From Oscillospiraceae bacterium (GTDB lineage: Bacteria; Bacillota; Clostridia; Oscillospirales; Ruminococcaceae): 25,769 nucleotides of DNA. This document shows, piece after piece, positions 1-6,529 of the stretch. The translations under genes and the position numbers were made by a program. The first letter of the stretch is position 1. Each line of letters starts with the position of its first letter. The DNA lies in assembly GCA_051882075.1 (NCBI GenBank), contig JBJERC010000074.1, positions 4,629 to 30,397 on the forward strand. The letters run 5' to 3'. The notes below the pieces were generated by a model. The model saw only the letters and a program-made list of their open reading frames with translations, made no database searches and had not been told where the DNA came from.

Positions 1-119
1 CACACTGCGGAGCGGAGATAAGCACCGTCGGCGCAAAGGTCTGCGAATACTGCGGCGCTTCGGTTCAGGCTTCGGTCGAAAGAACATGGAAGGTAAACAA
101 TATCATCAAACTAAGATGA
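1..119 (+). CDS. 3' end of an upstream CDS (partial) with a zinc-ribbon-like C-terminal tail
   Basis: Frame 3 is open from the window edge and reads HCGAEISTVGAKVCEYCGASVQASVERTWKVNNIIKLR, with stop TGA at 117-119. Its Cys pairs resemble the zinc ribbons of the next gene. Only 38 nt separate it from the next start, so the two are probably co-transcribed. Confidence 0.5.
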   Translation, partial: HCGAEISTVGAKVCEYCGASVQASVERTWKVNNIIKLR

Positions 120-157
120 TACAAAATAAAAACAATTTAGGAAAGGATCTGTAATTT

Positions 158-1633
158 ATGGGTTTAATTAAGATGTTTACATCGGCAGTAGGCTCTAACC
201 TTGCCGATCAGGTAGTCGAGTATTTCCGCTGCGACGGAATGAGCAACGACACAATGTGTATCCCCGCAACGAGAGTTTTAAGGGGAAAGGCGCAGAACAA
301 AGGAACTGCGGACTACATTTCAAGCGGTTCGACCTTCGACGTTGCCGTAGGTCAGGCAGCTCTTTTAGTTGAAGACGGCAAGGTATGGGATATGGTAGTT
401 GCGCTCGACAACGACGGCGCAGGTCACTACAAGTATGATTCCTCGACCGCTCCTTCAATTCTCGGAAGCGGATTTAAGGATCTTATGCCCTCGATAAAGG
501 ACATCGGAAACAGATTTACCGCAGGCGGACAGGCAACGCACACAATGCGTCTTGTTTACATCAACTTAAAGCCTCTGTCGGGCAACAAGATCGGCTTCGG
601 AAAGGTGCCTTACCGTGACGGAGAAATGAACATCACAATCAACGCTCAGGGTCACGGCGAATTTGAGATCAAGATATTTGACCCCGGCGCATTCTATGAG
701 AACTGTATCCACGATATCTCAAAGCCGTTTATCAGAAGCGACGGAGACGGTTTTACATTTATCAACCAGTTAAAGACTGATATGAAGCCGAAGTTTGGTA
801 TCAGTCTTTCAAGAATCTCAGCTAAGAGGATCCCCTACGACCAGCTGATCGGTTATCCGGAGGTTCTGGAAGATGAAATGAAACAGGTTCTCAACGAACT
901 GTGGGCAGTTAAGGGAATTTCGGTCGAAAAAATTTCCATAGAGCTTAACGTTGACGACGAGTCGAAGGCAAGAATCGCAAAGTTCCAGGAGGCAAGAACC
1001 GCAGGAAGCGACCCCTCGATGCTTTACGCTATGGACAGAATGTCTATCAACAAGGCAAGAGAGACCGCTGCAGGCAACTCCGCAGGCGCTATGACAGGCT
1101 TTATGGGCATGGGCATGGCAGGCGGCGGAATGATGGGTCAGCCTATGGATCCGACTATGTATAATCAGCAGATGCAGCAGAATATGATGATGAATCAGCA
1201 GGCAATGTATAATCAGCAGCCTCAGCAGGCAGCTCCTGCACCCGCACCTGCACAGGCAGCACCTTCGGCAGACAGCTGGACCTGCGAGTGCGGCGAAACA
1301 AATACAGGAAAGTTCTGTCAGGGCTGCGGAAAGCCAAAGCCTGCGCCCAAGCCGGCGGCAGATACATGGACCTGTTCCTGCGGCGCACAGAATACAGGAA
1401 AATTCTGTATCGAATGTGGAAAGCCTCAGCCTGCTCCTGCGGCAGACGGCTGGACCTGCTCGTGCGGAGCTGTTAACAAGGGCAAGTTCTGTCCTCAGTG
1501 CGGCGCAAAGAAGCCTGCGGACGCTCCTCTCTACAAGTGCGACAAGTGCGGCTGGGAGCCCAAAGACCCCAAGAATCCGCCCAAGTTCTGCCCTGAGTGC
1601 GGAGACCCGTTTGACGATAACGATATTCAGTAA
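158..1633 (+). CDS. SPFH/Band-7 family protein of the YdjI type (COG4260-like) with a Met/Gln/Gly-rich linker and four C-terminal zinc ribbons
   Basis: 491-aa ORF with SD aggaaagga upstream. The N-terminal ~300 aa (MGLIKMF...VAVGQAALLVEDGKV...) follow the layout of the YdjI-type SPFH family. A GMGMAGGGMMGQ / QQMQQNMMMNQQ / APAPAPA low-complexity linker follows (1091-1270). Four CxxC-N(11-17)-CxxC modules complete the protein. Confidence 0.8.
   Translation: MGLIKMFTSAVGSNLADQVVEYFRCDGMSNDTMCIPATRVLRGKAQNKGTADYISSGSTFDVAVGQAALLVEDGKVWDMVVALDNDGAGHYKYDSSTAPSILGSGFKDLMPSIKDIGNRFTAGGQATHTMRLVYINLKPLSGNKIGFGKVPYRDGEMNITINAQGHGEFEIKIFDPGAFYENCIHDISKPFIRSDGDGFTFINQLKTDMKPKFGISLSRISAKRIPYDQLIGYPEVLEDEMKQVLNELWAVKGISVEKISIELNVDDESKARIAKFQEARTAGSDPSMLYAMDRMSINKARETAAGNSAGAMTGFMGMGMAGGGMMGQPMDPTMYNQQMQQNMMMNQQAMYNQQPQQAAPAPAPAQAAPSADSWTCECGETNTGKFCQGCGKPKPAPKPAADTWTCSCGAQNTGKFCIECGKPQPAPAADGWTCSCGAVNKGKFCPQCGAKKPADAPLYKCDKCGWEPKDPKNPPKFCPECGDPFDDNDIQ
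1271..1630 (+). repeat. In-frame array of four zinc-ribbon modules inside the SPFH gene
   Basis: Modules start at 1271, 1361, 1445 and 1532. Three close copies read D-x-WTCxCGxxNxGKFCxxCG-KP...; the fourth is divergent (YKCDKCGWEPKDPKNPPKFCPECG). The repeat is also visible at nucleotide level (tggacctg...tgcgg...ggaaa(g/a)ttctgt). Confidence 0.85.
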
Positions 1634-1666
1634 TATCGAAAAAGCTGCGGATAACTTAATATATAA

Positions 1667-1697
1667 ACGGCTGTGTTTGTGCGCAGCCGTTTTTTTA
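1667..1697 (+). terminator. Intrinsic terminator after the SPFH gene
   Basis: Stem acggctg / cagccgt (1667-1673 / 1684-1690) followed by a T7 run. Confidence 0.8.
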
Positions 1698-1714
1698 TTC
1701 TTTAAATATTACAC

Positions 1715-1743
1715 TTGCGGAAAGTCGGGAGATATGATATAAT
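1715..1743 (+). promoter_or_regulatory. Sigma-A type promoter for the ABC exporter gene
   Basis: -35 ttgcgg (1715-1720), 17-nt spacer ending in TGa, -10 tataat (1738-1743). It lies about 30 nt upstream of the start at 1773. Confidence 0.55.
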
Positions 1744-1772
1744 TATAGTATCTTAAAAAAGGGGGGCGCAAA

Positions 1773-3488
1773 ATGGCGGTTTTTAAAGGCGATAAGAAAA
1801 ATGCGGTAAAATGGCTTTGCTCGGTTTTCGGGAAAAAGAAAGCGTATATCGCAGTTCTGACCGCTATCCAGTCGGTAATCGGCGTAAGCAGCGTGGTTTT
1901 TGCGCTTATCCTTAAAAACGTTATCGACAGCGCAGTTTCGGGTGAAACGGGGCTTTTCTGGCGGAACACGGCGGCGCTTGCGGCGGTCTGTCTTATTCAG
2001 ATCTCGCTTCATGCGGCGCAGCGTCGGCTTTCGGAGTCCTCACGCTCGACATATGAAAATATTTTAAAAGAAAGACTCTTTTCAAATCTGCTTGGCAAGG
2101 ACTTTTCGCAGGTTTCCGCCGTCCATTCGGGCGAGTGGATAAACCGCCTTACGAACGACACGGTCGTGGCGGCAAACGGCTTTTCCGGAATAATCCCCGA
2201 CGCCGCAGGAATGTCGCTAAGGCTGATAGCTGCGCTCGTTATGATGATAGCGATCGAGCCGAAGTTCACGTTTTTTCTTATCCCGTGCGCTGCGGCGGCG
2301 CTCGTTTTCACCTATTCGTTCAGAAAAAAGTTAAAGCAGCTTCATAAGAATATTCAGGAAAAGGACGGCGAGCTTCGTGTGCATTTACAGGAAAGCCTCG
2401 GCAGTCCCGAGATCGTCCGCTGCTTCGCCGCCGAAAAGCAGACGGAGAAACAGGCGGCTTTTAAAATGTCCGAACACCGCATCGCAAGGCTTAAACGTGC
2501 GGATTTTTCAAATTTTTGCAGCACGGGATTTTCGGTCGTGATGAACGCAATGTATCTTATCGGGGCGGCATACTGCGGATATGGCATAATGAAAAACACG
2601 ATAACCTGCGGCACGCTTATGGCGGTTTTACAGCTTATCGCTCAGATACAGTCGCCCTTTGCGAGCCTTTCGGGCTATCTTCCGAAATTTTACGCAATGA
2701 CCGCAAGCGCCGAACGGCTTATGGAGGCGGAGAATTTTGACGACGACTGTCCGAACGGAGTAATGTCGGGCGAGGAGATAAACCGCCGCTATCAGAACGA
2801 ATTTGAGTCGATAGGATTTGAAAACGCTTCGTTTGCATACGCTTCAACAGATTCAGAGGGCTGCGCTGAAAAAGCTGCTCTTAAAAATATCACCTTTGAA
2901 ATCAAAAAGGGCGAATATGCCGCACTTACGGGCAGGTCGGGCTGCGGAAAATCGACGCTGTTCAAGCTTATAATGTGCCTTTATCCGCCCGACAGCGGCG
3001 AGAGGTACATAATCTCAGGCGGAAAACAGCCGCTTACGAGCGAGTGGCGGAGACTTTTCGCCTATGTTCCTCAGGGTAATCGGCTTATGGCAGGAAAAAT
3101 AAGGGAGATAGTCGCCTTTTCCGAACCATCGGCAATGAACGACGACGAAAGGATAAGCCGTGCGCTTAAAATCGCCTGCGCCGATGGGTTTGTAAACGAG
3201 CTTGAAAAGGGCGTTGATTCAATGCTCGGCGAAAGGGGAGTGGGTCTTTCGGAGGGTCAGACTCAGCGCATTGCGATAGCAAGGGCGGTCTTTTCGGAGC
3301 ATCCGATACTGCTGCTTGACGAGTCGACAAGTGCGCTTGACGAATCGACAGAAAAGCGGCTGCTTGAAAATCTCCGCAGCATGACCGACAAGACGGTAAT
3401 AATAGTTACCCACCGCCCGGCTGCTCTCGGAATATGCGACAAGACGATAAACTTTACGGACGAGGGAACGCTCGCAGTTTCGGAATGA
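1773..3488 (+). CDS. ABC exporter, fused permease/ATP-binding protein (type I exporter fold, probably a homodimer)
   Basis: 571 aa with an N-terminal six-TM-like hydrophobic half. Walker A GRSGCGKST, signature LSEGQTQR, Walker B ILLLDE, H-loop VTHR. SD gggggg lies 6 nt upstream of the ATG. Confidence 0.9.
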   Translation: MAVFKGDKKNAVKWLCSVFGKKKAYIAVLTAIQSVIGVSSVVFALILKNVIDSAVSGETGLFWRNTAALAAVCLIQISLHAAQRRLSESSRSTYENILKERLFSNLLGKDFSQVSAVHSGEWINRLTNDTVVAANGFSGIIPDAAGMSLRLIAALVMMIAIEPKFTFFLIPCAAAALVFTYSFRKKLKQLHKNIQEKDGELRVHLQESLGSPEIVRCFAAEKQTEKQAAFKMSEHRIARLKRADFSNFCSTGFSVVMNAMYLIGAAYCGYGIMKNTITCGTLMAVLQLIAQIQSPFASLSGYLPKFYAMTASAERLMEAENFDDDCPNGVMSGEEINRRYQNEFESIGFENASFAYASTDSEGCAEKAALKNITFEIKKGEYAALTGRSGCGKSTLFKLIMCLYPPDSGERYIISGGKQPLTSEWRRLFAYVPQGNRLMAGKIREIVAFSEPSAMNDDERISRALKIACADGFVNELEKGVDSMLGERGVGLSEGQTQRIAIARAVFSEHPILLLDESTSALDESTEKRLLENLRSMTDKTVIIVTHRPAALGICDKTINFTDEGTLAVSE

Positions 3489-3490
3489 AG

Positions 3491-3528
3491 AAAAACCGTA
3501 TCATGCATTTTGCGTGATACGGCTTTTT
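3491..3528. terminator. Bidirectional intrinsic terminator between convergent genes
   Basis: Stem ccgtatca / tgatacgg (3496-3503 / 3515-3522), flanked by aaaaa upstream and cttttt downstream. Confidence 0.75.
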
Positions 3529-3532
3529 GTGT

Positions 3533-6082
3533 TTATGTGTTATTATTCTTGATTATCTCCCTTATCCGTTCGTTTACGGCTTCAACGTCCTTTTTAAGCT
3601 CGTTCGCCGTCATTCTGAGCGCGCCTGCACGCATAACGGAAAGCTGAACAAGCCCGTCGTTCGTCGCAACTTTTATGCGGAATTTTTTTCGGTTTTCGCT
3701 GCAAAAGCTTTCGATAAAAGCGTCGCTCGTCTGTCCCGAGGCTGTATAGATAACGTCTATCGCCTCGGCTTTTATTTTGTGCGGAGTCACGGCAGGAGTT
3801 TTGTAAGCGTCGAAAACGAGCATAAGCCGCCGCTGTTTATAGCCTGCGTAATTGCTCAGAATATCCGCAAGCCTGCCGCACGCCGAGTCGATGTTGACCG
3901 CCGCAAGCTCACGCAGCTCCTCCCACGCAAACACGATGTTATAGCCGTCGACGATAAGCAGCCTCGGACGTGTCTCGGGCTTTTGCTTGAATTCGGCGGT
4001 TTTGTTTATCCGCTCGTTTATGCGCTCGCCGTCGGACTTCGGCTTCTGCTCCTTTTTCGGAGCGATCTTCTGCATAATGCTTTCAAGCTCGTCCTCGCTG
4101 ATCGAAAAATTGCGCTGCCTTGCGTTCACGACCGTCTTTTTCTTAACGAGCGTCGGCTCAAGGTGCATATAATTTTCCGTTTCTTGCCAGCTTACCGTAA
4201 AGCTCGAACCGTGCGAGCAGAAAACCGAATCGGGAGTGTTTTCAAGGTCGGATTCGGGCGAATAGGCGGCATTTGCGATAATCTCCTCGCAGTTATGACA
4301 AGGCTTGTATCCGCCCGGCGAAAGGGAAATCCTGCCCCTGCCTTTTGTGTACGAGGCGACCTCGGCGGCATAATCACGCATAAGCGAAACGGGCGCTTCG
4401 CCGCAGATAAGCGACATTTCGCCTGCCGATTCGGGCGCGCTAAAGCTGCCGTTCATCTGCCTTATATCGTTTATCGCCCTGCCCGTCTGCGCAGCAGGAA
4501 CGGTGAGCTTAAAGGAATAATAAGGCTCGAGCAGAACGCTTTTTGCCTTCATAAGCCCGTGCCTTACCGCCCGATATGAAGCCTCTCTGAAATCGCCGCC
4601 CTCGGTATGCTTGGGGTGCGCTCTTCCTGCCGTCAGCGTGATTTTCATATCAGTTATCGGCGAGCCTGTAAGCACTCCTATATGCCGCTTGGCTTTAAGG
4701 CATGAAATAATAAGATTCTGCCAGCTGCGGTCGAGGATATCCTCGCTCAGCGCACTGTCGAACAGTATTCCGCTGCCGCTTGGCAAAGGCGAAAGGATAA
4801 CATGAACCTCGGCATAATGCCTGAGCGGTTCAAAATGCCCAACGCCCTCGACCGTATCTTCAATGCTCTCACGGTAAAGAATACGTCCTCCGCCGAACTC
4901 GACGTCAAGCCCGAAACGCTGTTTTATTAGGCACTTTAACACCTCTGTCTGTATCCTGCCCATAAGCGAAACGGTTATCTCGTCATGCCGCTCGTCGTAG
5001 GAAAGCGAGAGCTTCGGGTCCTCCTCATGCAATTCTTTTAGCTTTTCAAGCAGCGTAAAGCTGTCGCAGCCCTTCGGCGGAATAACGGCGTAGGTCATGA
5101 CAGGCTCGGCGCTATCGCCGCTGTCGTCCTGCTGTCCGCCAAGCCCCTGTCCCGAATAGGTCGAGCCAAGCCCCGTGACCGAGCAGACGTCGCCTGCGCT
5201 CACGCTGTTTACTGCGGTAAATTTACCGCCGCTGTATATCCTTATTCCGCTTATCTTTTCTTCACATAAAACACCGTCCTTTGAGGTGTAAACAACGCTG
5301 TCCCTTACTTTAAGTTCGCCGCCCGTCAGCTTTAAACAGGTAAGCCGCTTGCCTGCACCGTCACGCTCGATCTTGAAAACCTGCGCTGAAAACTCCGACG
5401 AAAACTGCGGAGCAAGCGTAAGGCGGTCGAGCGAGCCTATAAATTCCTCGACCCCCTGCGAGTGAAGAGCCGAGCCGAAAAAACAGGGGATAAGCGTTCG
5501 GCGGCTTACGGCATAGGCAAGCTCCTCGTCGGTAAGAGAGCCGTTTTCGTCAAAAATCTCGAGCAGCGTTTCATCGCACATTGCGGCGGCTTCGTCACGC
5601 TCAGGCGTCGGGGCGGAAAAATCGACGGCGTTTGGCGAAAGCTTGTTCTGAATATCCTCAAAAACCTCGCTTCGGTCAATGCCCTGCATATCCGTCTTGT
5701 TCACAAAAATAAAGGTCGGTATACCACGTTTTGACAGCAGCCGCCAGAGCGTTTCGGTGTGTCCTGCAACGCCGTCGGGTGCGCTTACGAGAAGTATCGC
5801 ATAGTCGAGCGCCGAGAGCGTCCGTTCCGTTTCGGCGGTAAAATCGGCGTGTCCGGGGGTGTCGATAAGCGTAAAACGGGTGTCGCCGAAGCTGAAAACC
5901 GCCTGTTTTGAGAAGATAGTTATGCCCCTTTGCTTTTCAAGCTCGTGAGTGTCGAGAAAAGCGTCGCCGCTGTCAACTCTTCCTTTTTTTCTCAGCGCTC
6001 CCGAAGAAAACAAAAGCGCCTCCGAAAGCGTGGTTTTTCCTGCGTCAACGTCCGCAAGAATACCGACGGCGATCTTCTTCAT
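3533..6082 (-). CDS. TetM/TetO/EF-G-family translational GTPase fused to a C-terminal YacP/Rae1-like NYN (PIN-like) ribonuclease domain
   Basis: G1 ADVDAGKTT, G2 RGITI, G3 DTPGH and G4 NKTD are followed by EF-G/TetM-like domains II-V, a Lys/Glu-rich linker, then LLIVDGYN...LVFDAYK...TSDAFIE...ATNDG...GALRMTANEL. I place the start at the second ATG (MKKIAV...). It has SD aaggggg 7-8 nt upstream, and the predicted promoter puts the TSS at about 6113, leaving no room for the ORF-track start at 6112. Confidence 0.88.
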   Translation of the reverse strand: MKKIAVGILADVDAGKTTLSEALLFSSGALRKKGRVDSGDAFLDTHELEKQRGITIFSKQAVFSFGDTRFTLIDTPGHADFTAETERTLSALDYAILLVSAPDGVAGHTETLWRLLSKRGIPTFIFVNKTDMQGIDRSEVFEDIQNKLSPNAVDFSAPTPERDEAAAMCDETLLEIFDENGSLTDEELAYAVSRRTLIPCFFGSALHSQGVEEFIGSLDRLTLAPQFSSEFSAQVFKIERDGAGKRLTCLKLTGGELKVRDSVVYTSKDGVLCEEKISGIRIYSGGKFTAVNSVSAGDVCSVTGLGSTYSGQGLGGQQDDSGDSAEPVMTYAVIPPKGCDSFTLLEKLKELHEEDPKLSLSYDERHDEITVSLMGRIQTEVLKCLIKQRFGLDVEFGGGRILYRESIEDTVEGVGHFEPLRHYAEVHVILSPLPSGSGILFDSALSEDILDRSWQNLIISCLKAKRHIGVLTGSPITDMKITLTAGRAHPKHTEGGDFREASYRAVRHGLMKAKSVLLEPYYSFKLTVPAAQTGRAINDIRQMNGSFSAPESAGEMSLICGEAPVSLMRDYAAEVASYTKGRGRISLSPGGYKPCHNCEEIIANAAYSPESDLENTPDSVFCSHGSSFTVSWQETENYMHLEPTLVKKKTVVNARQRNFSISEDELESIMQKIAPKKEQKPKSDGERINERINKTAEFKQKPETRPRLLIVDGYNIVFAWEELRELAAVNIDSACGRLADILSNYAGYKQRRLMLVFDAYKTPAVTPHKIKAEAIDVIYTASGQTSDAFIESFCSENRKKFRIKVATNDGLVQLSVMRAGALRMTANELKKDVEAVNERIREIIKNNNT
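3536..3961 (-). other. YacP/Rae1-like NYN nuclease domain (last 142 aa of the GTPase fusion)
   Basis: Colinear with the motif order remembered for B. subtilis YacP/Rae1: LLVDGYN, VVFDA, ETADE-IE, ATSD, GALR-SA-EL. The acidic residues in VDGYN, FDA, TSD and TNDG are all present. Confidence 0.7.
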
Positions 6083-6119
6083 GCTTAGCCGCCCCCTTTC
6101 CGAAATAGTCATTTTATTA

Positions 6120-6148
6120 ATTATATCACATTACGCCCCGATTTTCAA
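6120..6148 (-). promoter_or_regulatory. Sigma-A type promoter for the GTPase-NYN gene
   Basis: The minus strand reads ttgaaa-atcggggcgtaatgtga-tataat: 17-nt spacer with a TGn extended -10. Confidence 0.6.
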
Positions 6149-6322
6149 GGGTCAGTGATTTTTGCAGGAAACCGCTTGTGAAAATTCATGCAGGAGTTGA
6201 AATGCGGTGAAAAGTAGGATAAAAGCTGCACAAAAACAGTTCAAAAAGGCACGCAATTTCGGGGTAAAATGCTGTTTTACAATCTGTTAACAAATAATTC
6301 ATGAAAGATTAAAAGCTAAATC

Positions 6323-6351
6323 TTGCAATTTGCGGTGAAGTGTGATATAAT
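6323..6351 (+). promoter_or_regulatory. Sigma-A type promoter for gltBD
   Basis: -35 ttgcaa (6323-6328), 17-nt spacer, extended -10 TGaTATAAT (6343-6351). Confidence 0.65.
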
Positions 6352-6387
6352 AATCAGGCAATAGATAATTAAATACAGCGTAGTCAA

Positions 6388-6428
6388 GGGCGACTCTTAC
6401 TTTTTCGTAAGGGTCGCTCTGTCTTTTT
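6388..6428 (+). promoter_or_regulatory. Promoter-proximal terminator-like hairpin in the gltBD leader (candidate attenuator)
   Basis: Stem gggcgactcttac / gtaagggtcgctc (13 bp including 2 G-U pairs), loop tttttc, then tgtcttttt. It lies about 30 nt after the predicted TSS and about 100 nt before the gltB ATG. Confidence 0.5.
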
Positions 6429-6529
6429 CTGAGAAAAGGCGCATATCTATTATAGCACTTAAAGCACATAAAAATTGTTGCCGAAAATGACCGATGGGAT
6501 GGGCATACGGCAGGAAAGGGTGATTACAG

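Noticed and set aside
3527-4579. 350-aa plus-strand ORF
   Set aside because: It lies entirely antisense to the well-supported GTPase-NYN gene. Its product is Arg/Leu/Phe-rich junk with no motifs and no SD. It is a typical shadow ORF.
3533-6082. Calling the GTPase a tetracycline-resistance determinant (tetM/tetO-like)
   Set aside because: Family resemblance to ribosomal protection proteins is clear, but resistance cannot be inferred from motifs alone. The extra nuclease domain and the chromosomal housekeeping context argue against a simple Tet(M)-type annotation.
6083-6112. N-terminal extension MTISERGRLS of the GTPase ORF
   Set aside because: There is no SD before the ATG at 6112, and the predicted promoter places the TSS at about that position. 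The downstream ATG at 6082 has a strong SD.
6352-6430. Full ANTAR dual-hexaloop target in the gltBD leader
   Set aside because: Only one hairpin with an A..G.. hexaloop (agtc-aagggc-gact) is present, and I found no matching upstream partner hairpin. It is kept as a caveat, not a call.
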